Shown one piece after another: positions 27,501 through 40,095 of a stretch of DNA of 64,000 bases; position 1 is the first letter of the stretch, and each line of letters begins with the position of its first letter. Where the stretch lies: contig OZ024745.1 in NCBI GenBank assembly GCA_964016885.1, positions 122,636,001 through 122,700,000 on the forward strand. The letters run 5' to 3'. Made by a program: the position numbers and the translations under genes. The DNA is from Eledone cirrhosa (lineage: Eukaryota). The notes below the pieces were generated by a model. The model had not been told where the DNA came from. It was given only the letters and a program-made list of their open reading frames with translations, and did no database searches.

Positions 27501-28681
27501 CTCTACTGATACTGCCAATATATATATATATAATAAATGAAGAATCACAGAATATGTTTCTTTAACCTCTGGCAGCATGGAGAAATTCAATATTAAATTA
27601 AATCAGATTAATCATTCATAAAAGTGAGAAATTATAAAGTTAAACTAGGTATGGTTAACCCTTTAACATTTAAACCGGCTGTATCCAGTCAGAATTCTCT
27701 CATCTCTTTCTGTTTAAACTGGCTGTAACTGGCCACTCATACTGCTGTTAAAGATTTGTTCTCAAAATAAATAATATCAAGATCTCATAGACTCAATATT
27801 ATGTGAGATAATTATGTAAGATAAAGCCAGATTTGTTGACAGCTGCAGTTGATAGACTATTTTGAGTGTGTGCTGCTTCTGCAGTAGGATCTCCCCGACG
27901 ACTATAGAAACCTTCATTTGAGGAATAATGAGAAGGTTTTCAGATAAGTGGCCAGCCAAACATAGAGATTTCTCCAAGGAACAAATGATTTCCATGTATT
28001 ACCTTTCTGTACATATCATCATTTTGTTATATATATATATATGGCTGGGACCTTTGGTCAGTTTTCTTGGTGTCACACTTTATAACTGTTGTGTTTATCT
28101 TTTGCTCCATTGAGTGCTTTGTGATTGCCTCAAACAAACTGAATAGTACTTGCTGTGTGACAGCTAAACTTTAATTTATAACTATTATAGTTTATTCTCC
28201 TAGATTCATGTATGCAATCGATAATGGTTTAGTTGACTTTTGCTTACTAACATTTGTGGAAAGCTTTAGTTTTGAGGCTGAGAATTCCTTTGTTCTCACA
28301 CCTGAAAATAACCATCAAAATTTCGGCTAGTGTGACCTCCTCTTTTGGGTAGAATGACCAATTCTACCCAGTGGTGGACCACCAAATTTAAATATATATA
28401 TACATATAGTAATAATAATAAATTTGAAGACTAAAATCCAAAGAGGCCTCGATAAGAATAAATATATATCAAATATATAAGAATCATAGAGTAAATATCT
28501 TCGTTTTTCCGTTCATTGCAAGGGAAAATCTCCATGAACCAAAGTATTGTCTTCCTGTCTTCCTTCGGTTGCAACATTTTTCGAAATATTTACTTCTGCG
28601 TTCACAGATTGATTTTTTTAGTTTCAGAAGATCCCGTTAAGGGTGAAAGCAGCAATTCTTTGCTTAAAATTTAATCTGTTA

Positions 28682-28720
<39 letters not shown>

Positions 28721-28857
28721 CAAAGTAAGTGTGGTAAGAAACCAGGTGGACCATAACCATAATGCACCAGAGTACTCGATATTTAGGGTAATAGGAAAAG
28801 AGTTCGGATCTAGCTGTTGAAACAGCCGAAGCTCAGCCGTTGGGTCCTGACTGTTTT

Positions 28858-28929
<72 letters not shown>

Positions 28930-31900
28930 TTGTTAGTTTCAAAATGATCTTAAATGAACTTTTTAATCTCCTTCAACTGCATTAAATATAATTATTTTTC
29001 TATAATAATAAAAGATTTTTATGATTAGCTATAAGAACCCATAACATTTAAATTCTAAAATACTCTCCTAGTACAAAGAAAATTGCAAATAAAATGGAAT
29101 GAATATCATCTATTTTGTTTTCAACCTAAAATATAAAATATCAACCCCAAACTATCTTCCTTTTGTTTTACCATCACCCCAGTTAAATCTTTTATACTGT
29201 AAAAGCTATTATATTCTTTGTTCTTTTAATTCACTCTCAAGCCATTGCCCTTATTTAGCCTTCACTTAAATAACAGCTAAATATTCTGACTTTGATAAAC
29301 TATCAATCACCTCCAGTATTTCTGATGTGGTATCAATAATGAATAATCGATAATTATTTCTTAAAACACCTTCAATTTTTCCCCAACTTCTTTATTTCTC
29401 TCTTCTCACATTACTAAAAATTTAAAAAATGAAAAAAAGCATATTTTGCAAAGTAATATTCTAGATTAAAAAAAAAGCCTTTTTTAGAAAACAATGCAAT
29501 GCTAAAACAAGGGACTGTTTGTGTAAACAGATTCCTTTTTATAATCTCTCTTCGAACCTATGAGCCCTCAGAGAATCTATCACCTCTTTGACATTTTCTC
29601 TTTTTAAAAATGAACTTCTGTAAGTTCTCACAAACCATCAACACTCCTATGCAGATAACACAACCTTTCCATTTCTCTACATCCTTCAAACTTAATATTC
29701 TCATTCCTTTTAAAGTTGCTTGTCCTTAACATGGCTTTCACTTTAAAAGGAAAACATATTTCACTGGTGAACAGCTATTCATACCCTACAATGCCCAACA
29801 TGTAGTTTAATTCTCATGACACTATTACTGGCATCCTTTACTATTTCCATTAAAAAGCTTTGAATCTGAACAAAAAAAGTTCTTTTAAACCCCTCACCCA
29901 CCATCATAATACTGTCTTCTCTCTGTGACTTCAGTAGAATTTATAATGGATTCTGTTCTTCAGAACTTGCTTGTTGCATCCTATCTCTGCTCCGTTCTCA
30001 CAATGCATTTTCTCCTTTTTTAAATTTTTTCTCCTCCCTGTAGTCATTAATTTTGTGGCTGCATTATGTTTTCATTTCTATTTATTCTATAAAACTCAAT
30101 TTAATTGCTCAACCTCAAACATCTCCAAATTTCCTAATCTGGTAAAGTCATTAGATTTGAACAGAGCTTTTGTTTCTAGAAATATTGATAAAAGGAAAGT
30201 TAAGAGCAAGCAATTTTATATCATTCAATTTTATAGAGATAGAATCTAAAAGCTTATGGTTTTAGAAATTTTTATGTTGGCGTTAGGAAGGACATCCAGC
30301 TGTAGAAAACCAGCTAGAAACAGTCCTATATGAGCGAGACATGGTCACATGACCCAACTTGCCTCTTGTTCAAATCCCACTGAGGATAGCTTTGCCTTTA
30401 ATCCTTACGGGGTCAATGAAATGAAGCACCAGTAATGCACTGGAGTCTGTTTAATTGACTTCTCCTACCCCAACATTGCTGACCTTGTGTCAATAGTAGA
30501 AATCGTTATTAAGATGGTATTTGTAACATAACTTGTTAAAGAGTTGGACAAAATGCCTTGCAGCATCTGACTTTGTTCTGTGCATTCTGAGTTCAAATCC
30601 TGTGTCCTTCTGTCTGAAGTTGTGACTAGCAGATGGTATCAACATTGAAAAATACAATGGAAATATAATTTCCTTGGTTTCATCTGATTATCAGCTCCTT
30701 TCCTTTTTTTTAACAAAAGTTTCTTATATAATATAGGTGGTGAATTGGCAAAGTTGTTAAGACATCGGATAGAATGCTTTGTGGTATTCGTCCAACCCCA
30801 TTGCGTGCTCTGAGTTCAAATCCTGCCTTGGTCAACTTTGCCTTTCATCTTTTCAAGGTTGATAAAAAAAGTACCAGTCCAGTACTGGGGTTGATTCTTT
30901 ATAGAAAAAATTAGCTGTGTTCAGACCTGGAGAGGGTTGGGCTCAACCAGGTTTAAAAGTGCCCTAGACATGCCCACAAGGAGTTATGGAATCTTTATTA
31001 TCTTATATAATATTTTGTTGGAATATTTTAGTTGAAAATAGGACCCTTTAACTCATAACATTCTATAATAATTTATCAGGAAATATCTAAAAACATGTTT
31101 GTTAATTCAAATGTTTTCAAACCTTTACTTGTGGACTGATTGTTGCAGAAATTTGCAATATGAGAGTAAAGAGTTTAATTTTCAATGTGATACTATCACA
31201 GCATAGTTTTGTACTTTAACTCTTTAGCATTTACATTACTCTATATATACTATTGTATTTTTGTGATAAAGGCTTTATCTTACATAATATCTCACAAAAT
31301 ATTGAATATATGCAATTTTGATATTATTTATTTTGAGAACAATACCATAACATAAGTATGAGCAATCAATTATGGTCGGTTTGAACAGAAAGAGGTGAGA
31401 AAATTCTGGCTGGATATGGACAGTTTAACCCTGTAGCATTTACATTACTCTCTATATATACCAATGTATTTTCATGGTAAAGGCTTTATCTTACATAATA
31501 TCGAATCTATGCGATTTTGATATCATTTTGAGAATAATACCTTAACAACAGTATGAGTGGCCAGATGCAGCCAGTTTGAACAGATAGAGGTGAGAGAATT
31601 CTGGCCGGTTATGGCTGGTTTAAATGTTAAAGGGTTAAAGAATGTCTTGCTAATGTGGTTTGATGTGGCTCAGGACATTAAGAGTTAAAATGGCTGCTGT
31701 TACTCCAGAGAGCTGGCAGCAGTTTCAGATGGGTTGGTTTGAAAAGTGTTAAAATATATTTCATTACATAGTATTCTGATCTGACAATCTGACTCAGTAT
31801 GTAACTCAAGCATTAACATGGGCTTACTACACAGCTGAGAATACTATTCAGTTTCATTCTTAATAACTGACAAGTCAATGTGTACACAGCTATTGTATTT

Positions 31901-32321
31901 GATATACAGCATACATCCTTGATAGATGATTCACTAATCATACTGACTGCTTGTTAACTTTAATTTGTTTTATGGATTGAACCTTTTGCTGCTTAGACTA
32001 AGATTGAATATCTTTGAATAACATCATAAACATAACTTTAAATTATAAACAAAGAAACAAAAACACATTAAACAAAAAAAACTTAAAAGCCAGTTTTTTT
32101 TTATTTTCTAAGGAATTAATAGATTTATATCCTTTATAAAGATTTACTTTAAGTTGATCTTGAAAATTTATATATATATATATATATATGTAGAAGTTAT
32201 ATTTAATTTGTTGGGATACAACAAGCAAATATTTTTATAACTGATATAAAGCACTCAACAAATTTTTGGAGTAAAGATACAATATATTAATAAATGGAAA
32301 CTATATTTATAAAACCATATT

Positions 32322-32386
32322 TATTTCATTATACATATTTCAAGGACACCAAAGCAAATTATGGTGCGCTTTCATCAGATAAAATA
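32322..32386 (-). ncRNA. Type-I hammerhead ribozyme motif, homologue of 9615-9675, sense to the RasGRF pre-mRNA
   Basis: Minus strand reads TATTTTAT CTGATGA AAGCGCACCATAATTTGCTTTGGTGTCCTT GAAA TATGTA TA ATGAAATA. The core is intact, stem I has a G-U wobble, and stem II shows a compensatory change relative to the other copy. Confidence 0.8.
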
Positions 32387-32689
32387 TAATATAGATCAGT
32401 TTTATAAACAAATATTGACATACCCTTAAAAGAATACGACCATGTCTGTTGGAAGCTCCCGGATAGTGGGGTTACTCAGTTATATATATATATATGTCTC
32501 CAAAACAATGTCACTGGACCGAGACCTTTGGCGGTACTCAGTAACAGAGAAGACCCGCCTTACCTAAATACATAGTAAAACCTACTCCAGTCAGTAGGCA
32601 TCTCTAACAAAATACACCCCGTCGCACCACCACCACCCCCACCCCATCCACACCACCCCGTCCTATGTAAAGTTATGTTGGTACCACAC

Positions 32690-32968
32690 CATCCAGTCCT
32701 AAACAAATGAGATCGTGTAGGTGTCACGACAAAAAACACACAGTCCACGCTGTAATGTGGCCGTGTAGGCAACACGGTAAAAACCTCCCAGCCCCACACT
32801 GTAAATGTGGTTGGTGTTAGGAAGGGCATCCAACTGTAGAAAACCTGCCAGACAGTCCTATGCGAGCAAGACAATCACTCTTGCCTCAAGTGGGACTACC
32901 CCCGTCCAAACCCATGCAAGTGTGGAACACGGACGTTAAACGATGATGATGATGATGATGATGATGAT
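32690..32968 (+). mobile_element. (GAT)n-tailed retroposon family with internal ~50-57 bp tandem units (representative)
   Basis: Variable number of CACCCAGTCCACACTGTAAAGTGG units, then GGTTGGTGTTAGGAAGGGCATCCAGCTGTAGAAA...CCATGCTAGC.TGGAA..CGGACGTTAAA(CG)ATGATGAT. Copies at about 1-490(-), 8660-8913, 14875-15066(-), 37180-37460(-), 38405-38560(-), 40095-40272, 43865-44170, 51052-51240(-), 51939-52115(-), 52367-52636, 58425-58733, 60752-60990(-) and 61520-61752. Confidence 0.8.
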
Positions 32969-33111
32969 AGCCGTCGGGGTCCTACTTTTTCCTATATATA
33001 TATATAGATAGATACACACACATACACTGTCTTCCTCCTCCTCCTCCTCCTACCACCACCACCACCACCACCACCACCACCACCACCACCACCACCACCA
33101 CCACCACCACC

Positions 33112-33151
<40 letters not shown>

Positions 33152-34849
33152 TTACTACTGTGTCATTGGCACAGCTGTTAATCAATTTTGATGAAAAAAA
33201 CTATTGATAAATTTTGATAGATTTAAACATGTGTTGCTGATAAGTCTAGAAATCAAACCGATTCATATTAGTAAAAAAATCGATAGTATTATATAATTAT
33301 GAATATGAATATTTCTTCTAAGACATTACATGTGTACAGGTATGAAGTAGTTACTTGACCTGTTAAGATTAAGAGCCTAGTACCATCAAATTATATTTCC
33401 TAACATCTTAAAAATAGAGAAAAACTATCTAGTCTGAGATATGAAAAAAGTCAGGATGGTTATGGCTGGAATACTTTTGATCATAAGGCTGATCAGTCAG
33501 GGATAACCCGGGGCTAAACAACAACAATAACCCAAATAATGTTATAATATGGGTCATAGGATTATTTTTTTTATTAGCTCCTTTGATGTGGTTCATCGAA
33601 GGAGTTAATGCAATTAAAAGCCCCAAAGAAAAGAAATGGAGGTAAACTTTACATCCTTGGCTGGACAGTATATCTCAGCTGTGTCCCACAGACAAAACAG
33701 TGAAAGTGCTTTTGCAGAAACCAGCCAGCAACATCCACTACATCAGCCATTTCACCTTATAAGTCTCTTTCCTCTGGCTTGATACCATCATCATGATTTA
33801 GCAGAGGAAAACATTAGTCTGTAAAACAAAGATACCAGAGGTCTCAACAACTTAGGTATTGTTTTGAATGAGACTACTACTAATCATGATTTCTAATATA
33901 GGCACAAAGCCAACAATTTGAGGGAGGAGAAAGTTGATTATATCAAACCCAGTATTTTACTGGTATTTTATTTTATCAATCCCAGAAGGATGAAAAGCAA
34001 AGTTGACCTTGGTGATATTAAACCTTAGAACATAAAAAGCTGGATTAAATATCATAATTGTTTCTAGTTTTGGCACAAGGCCAGCAATTACCCCAGTGCA
34101 TTACTGGTACTTTATTTTATTGACCCCGTAAGGATGAAAGTCAAAGTTGAACATAAAGAGCTCCATTAAATATCATAATGACATTTGATACTATGCTCTA
34201 CCAATTCTGCCAATCCTACTCCCCTCGCTATTCTAATAATGATAGAGTAATGTTTGTTAGTGGCTACAGATAGAATAGTTTAAATAACAACAGGAATAAT
34301 CTTTCACCAGACAAGTGTAAACAAATTTATTAAAAGAATTACATTTCATTCATCTTTCATAATTGTAACGTAAAGCTATTTTCATCTTTCCTAATTGCAG
34401 TGCAAGCTATCTGAAAACTATAAAATTTTAACATAAAATGACGGCAGTTTTAAAATCAACAACGATGACATTATTTTATTTAATAGCCTTATTGTGTTGA
34501 TAATTTTAACAGAATACACTTTTATACAAGAAAAATATCAGAGTATAATCTTTAATAAATTCAGAGTAAGTAATTATAGCAGAATAATGTATGTATTCTC
34601 TGCAGCTTTAATAACAATGCCAGACATTTATGTTAACAGGAACAATATGCAACATACTTAACTTCCTTGTTCTAATAACAAAAGATTTCTCCTGTAATGA
34701 GTGAAGTAATACATAAAGGACTTGTATGATCTATCTAGAAATCTATTACAACAGAAGCAGCAATATATTTAAATTTATTAAATTTATTGAATATAACTGA
34801 GATCAATAATTCATTTTGTTATTGTCTGTGATATATATTTGAGCCTGTG

Positions 34850-36890
34850 CTGGATGTTCATGTTAAAAGAGGGGCTTAACATGAACATCCTACAGGATAA
34901 AGTGGGCAGCATTGGTGGATGAGGAAGTCAGGACCAGGTACGTAGATACTATTACATCCGTATTCAGAGAACTCCCTCAGCAAACTGAGGACATTGAGAC
35001 AGATTGGAGATTGTTCAACTCAGCAGTTTCTGCTTCAGCTGTTAAATGCAGCAAGCGAAAGAAGCTTGGTGTGGCGCCAGATTGCAGGTGGACCCCTTGG
35101 TTCAATCACTAGGTCAAATATGCCATCTGAGCAAAGAAGGAAGCTTACAAAGCTTGGCTTGGAAATAAGTGTCCCCCTTCTTGCACTTGCAGTACAAGCA
35201 GGCACAAAGAATCGTAGCAGAGACAGTAGAGGTGTCCAAAGTTAAGACACGGAAAGATTTTATGGTTAAGCTGAATCGAACTTCAGATCAGCAAATAAAG
35301 TGCTCTGACTTTGTAATAAGAAACCTTCCTCTACACCTGCTATCAAGAGGTGCATCCTTGCAAGTTTGAGAGAATACTAAACCCAATCACAACAGCATCT
35401 GGGAGCAGTGACTAACTAATCTCTCAGAAGCTAAGGGTACGAGCAGTTAAAGAGCTCAAATGTGGCAAAGCTGCTGGGGAAGATGAAATCCAGCTCAAGA
35501 TTTTAAAAGCCTTAAATAGAGAAGGTATTCTCTGGCTGACTTGTGTGTGCCAGGTGGCCTGAATCTCTGGCAGGGCACCTAAGTAATGGCAATCAGGAGT
35601 GATAATCTCAATTTTCAAAAAGGAGACAAGAAGATTGTTTCAATTACAGAGGGATCTCTTTGTTAAACCTCCCCAGTAAAGTCTATGCTAAGTGTCTGGC
35701 AAAGAGATGTAGGGAGATTGCCGAGTCCAAGCTAGCTGATGGACAGTGTGGTTTACACCCCGGATGTAGCACAGTCAACCAAATAGTCACACTGCGGCAG
35801 GTCTTCAGGAAATCATGGGAGCATTGCCAAGAGGTATATGACTGTGTTCCTCGGGACCTGCTGTGGAAGTCTGTGCAGGAGTATGAGATTGATGGTCAGC
35901 TTCTTGCTGCCCCCGATGTCTCTATATAAATGTCCAAGTATTTGTGTTTGGATAAATGGTGCTAACTCGAAACCGTTCAGTATGGAAGTCAGACTCAGCC
36001 AAAGGTGTATACTGCCACCTCTCCTGTTCATTATTTGCATGAAGAGGATTGACAGGGCAGCCAGGTTGGAAGGGGCATCCTGACTGGCAGGTGTAAAATC
36101 AGTTGGCTAGAATTTGAAGACGACATGGTGTTACTTAACTCAACAGAAGATTATTTCTGACTTGCCCTCGATAGGTTTGATGCCAAGTACTACATGACTG
36201 GAATGAAAATCAGTGTTGCGAAAACTGAGACACTCAAGGAAGCCTGCACAGTGCACTCTACATGTGAATGGAGTTCCACTGAAGCTGGTAGACAAGTTCA
36301 AGTACCTCAGGGTTGTGTTCATGAGTGGCAGAAGGTAGGAGGTTGAATTAAGTGCAAGAATTGCAGGAGCTGGTGCAGTTATGCACCAGCTTCAGCATTC
36401 AGTAATCAGAAGAAGGGAGGTAGGCATAAAAGCCAAACTCACTAACTTCAATTCGGTATTTGTGCCAATTTTACCTCTGATCACGACCGAAAGAATATGA
36501 TTGTAAATACAAGCGACCAAAATGGAATTCCTCAATAGAGTACGTTACTCAATAGAGTCCGCTCTAGCTCAGAGATCAGAGAGTCACTCCATGTAGAGCT
36601 GCTACTTTTCCTAATTGAGAGATTGCAGCTTTGATACTATAGGCATGTGGCTAGAATTTCTCAGGAAAGAATCACTGGACAGATGTTATGGGCAAAACCA
36701 ACCAGCAGCAGATACAAGGGTAGACCCTGCGCAAGATGGTTGGATAACATCCACGAGCTTGGCTGGTCATGCTTGGGGATCCAGCCGGATCAATTGGAGA
36801 CTGTTGCTTTTGACAGGACTTGCTGGAAGGAGTGTCTGAGGACTCAGCCCCCCATGAACCTTGCAGGAATAAATGGGTGGAGAAGAGAAG
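34850..36890 (+). mobile_element. Decayed RTE-clade (Rex3/Expander-like) LINE, RT region to 3' end
   Basis: Frameshifted motifs GKAAGEDEI...GILWLT...WQSGVIISIF/KGDK.DC.NYRGISLLNLPSKVY...QCG.HPG.ST.NQI.TL...LPPLLFII, KFKYL, and C-terminal GRP.ARWLD, with a gaa-rich tail. Short 3' fragments at about 2330-2690(+), 16905-17395(-), 49015-49231(+) and 57563-57930(-). Confidence 0.9.
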
Positions 36891-37923
36891 AACTAGTTCT
36901 CATATAGTTTCACTAAGACCTTTAGCTTTGCTAGGTTTATTTTCCATTTCATGACTGTATTTCCAATGAAATACATGTTATTTCAATAAATTAAATAAGA
37001 ATTTTGAAGGATTTACTGAAATCATTAATTATTTCATTTCTATAATAGTAACTTAACATATGCATCTTATATAAAATTAAGTTGGCAGATTTAAATCTAA
37101 ATAGGAACCCTGAAAAATGTGTGATTTTGTTTCATAGATTGCACCCATATAAAAAAATCCGAAATACTTTTACATGAGTATATCATCATCATCACTGTTT
37201 AATCTCCATTTTTCCACACAAGCATGGGTTAGATGTGTTGTCCTGTTGTGAGAAGTGTCAGGTTAGATGACCATGCCTTGCTCATACAGATTTGTTTTTT
37301 GGCTTGGTTTCTACAGCTGGATGCCCTTCCTAATGCCAACCACATTTTAAGTGAGTACTGGGTGCTTTTTGTCATGATACTTACATGACCACTTTATAGT
37401 GTGGCCTGGGTGCTTTTTGGTGTGTCACCATCATGACCACTTTACAGTGTGGGCTGGTGGCTTCACTAGCTGTATGCTTCAGCCTGTCCTCATGGGAGAT
37501 GTAAGGAAGAGTGGGGTGGGATGGGGTGGAGGTGAGGGTGGTGCATACTATATATATGCTTCAGCTTCAGCCTGTGCCCATGGGAATGCAGGTCTTCTGT
37601 ATTAATGCAAAATGCCAGAGATTTTGGTTCTGTGTCATCATCTTTGAGTGGTGCAATTGAGCAAGGTCAGCTTTTATCACCTCACCCCAAGTCTTCCTGG
37701 GTCTCCCCACGCCATGGCTTCCGTCAACTTTGAGTGCTCTTCACCTTTTTATACAGCTGTTATCCTTCATACGCATTACATAGTCATACCGATGCAATCT
37801 CCTTTCCTGTACATTGCATCTGATTCCTCTTATGCCTAGTTTCTCTCTCAGTTCGTTTATGCTTTGCCATTTATGTATATTACAAATAAGCTTCCTTTCT
37901 TTCCAATCTTCGCAAGTCTTCTG

Positions 37924-37957
<34 letters not shown>

Positions 37958-38756
37958 TATATATGTGTGTGTGTTTGCAGTGTGCAATGCTGCATGTTAG
38001 TAGGACATAGGCTGTGAATGCAGAAGGTATATTAAAGCTGGAGAGAAATGAAGTGAGCATGTTCCAATAAATGTGTATTGTTATTGTACACGAATGAGTG
38101 AACTGAGATGACCCGAGAGAATTATATGAAGTGCACAAGAGAGAGGGCTGCTCTGGGATGCACATGGATGATGATCACTGGGTGAAGATGTTCCAAGAAA
38201 TCCCAGCAGAATAAAGCTGCAGTAGAGGAAGACCAAGGAAGACATGGGTGGAGGTGATGAGAGCTGAACTTAAATTGCTGAAGCTCACAGGGGATGTGAC
38301 AAAGGTGCATTAGGAATGGAGAGATGTACTGAAAGCATGGATAAGTATACATAAAATGGTGCTGATGATATATATTTATATACATACTCATATATATGCA
38401 TATATCATCATCATTTTACGTCCGCTTTTCCCTGCTTGCAAGGGTGGGATGGGAACTGATTCTGGCTTGATTTCTACAGCTGGATGCCCTTCCTAACATC
38501 AACCTCATTTACAGTGAGTGCTGAGTGGTTTTTTCCATGGCACCTACACGACCACTTTGCAGTGCAATGATAGGGACTGGGGTCCCTATCATCTTATTTT
38601 TACAGCTGAGTAAACTGGAGCGATGTGAAATAAAGTGCCTTGCTCAAGGAAACAACACATCACCCGGTCTGAGAATTGAACTCACAACCTTTCGATTGCA
38701 AGGCTCTAACCACTAAGCCATGTGCTGCCATATTTATATATACACACACACACAAA

Positions 38757-38807
<51 letters not shown>

Positions 38808-39229
38808 AAGAGAGAAATCATGTATGATGGTTCTTCTATATTGATTATAGATTAGTACTGTCTATCATGTTTCCTAATTTTATCCAGATGTTGTTCCAGT
38901 GAATGATCACAGTGCATTTCATTCAATATCTTTCTGTCTTAGTTGTTATGTCATTTATGATCAGTGCTGGATTTCCGATAGGCTAAGTGGGCTACTAAGC
39001 TTCTTAGTCCAGAGAGCCCCATCCCATTTTAAATATATATTAAGAAATATATTAACCTAATGATATCAAATTGCCTGAAACTGGCCTTGGTCCAAGAATA
39101 CAAAATAGTTTGTTTTTTTAAATATTTATATTCATCTCAGCCACATCAGAATTTTATGTAAAATCCTTTATGTACAAAACACCAGCCTAATATTTTGCTC
39201 CTTGAGATCAAATAAATATTGTTCAGAGA

Positions 39230-40095
39230 TGACAAACCTTGTAATATCCTAAATATCTCACACAGACAGAGATCACATTCCTTAGTACCATTGGTGGAAG
39301 GCCTGGACCTTTCAACTACTTTCCAAGATATCTTTAATTGCCAAACTTTTTCACCAGGGTTGTACTGGTTCTCATATCAGGATTCTTGAAGGACTGGAGA
39401 TGCATGTAAAAACGTTGTTTAAAACGATCTTGCACTGTACCAACATCAGAATTTTCTGTGTTGTGTGTAATCTTTGCTTCATGCACAATGGCTTTGATAT
39501 TACAATTCTGATGGAGAGTGCTGTTTTCTTTAATCCTATAAGAACAGCTTGGATTATTGTCGGGTATATGTTTTCTAGTAATTTTTTATCTAATAGACGG
39601 TCAACATAAATAGAATATCTTGACGGTGTTGTGATTGAATATTTTACTGTATCTATGTTGTGGTAGGAAATATGTATCATGTAAATCTAAAACTTTTTTA
39701 CCAACATTAATCTTTACTTTAAGGGAAAAGCGGGTGCAAACCAGATAATTCTTCTTTTTCTATTCATCCTTACGAGGTCGATAAAATAAAGTACCAGTAA
39801 TGTACTGGGTAATTGCTGGCCTTGTGCCGAAAGTAGAAACAATTATTTTTAGTATGGTTGGGCTGGGAATGATTGGGTGTGTACATAATTTTGTCCTGAA
39901 AACCACCTTCTAAGCGGGCTTGGTTGTAGTAAAGTGCAGCCTTACTGAAAATCTCCCTGGTTAATGTTAGAAACTAAGTTTTGAAAGACAGTTGGTGGAT
40001 AGCATGAGGCTTTATTAATATAAATCAATTTTTTGTGAGGCTTATGGTATGGTTTATACAAAGCTGTTAGATCTAAGTTCACATCTAGAAAATGT
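39230..40095 (-). mobile_element. Penelope-like element (Naiad-like) RT C-terminus, linker and GIY-YIG endonuclease remnant, interrupted by a SINE at about 39760-39846
   Basis: Reconstructed across frameshifts: FLDVNLDL...YKPYHKP...YINK.S.YPP / KRRIIWFAP.F...VKINVGKKVLDL.D.YF...H..SKIFNHNTVKI.Y.C / NCNIKAIVHEAKI...VGT....FKQRFY.HLQSF...VWQLK..ISWKVV...KECDLCLCE. Confidence 0.8.
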
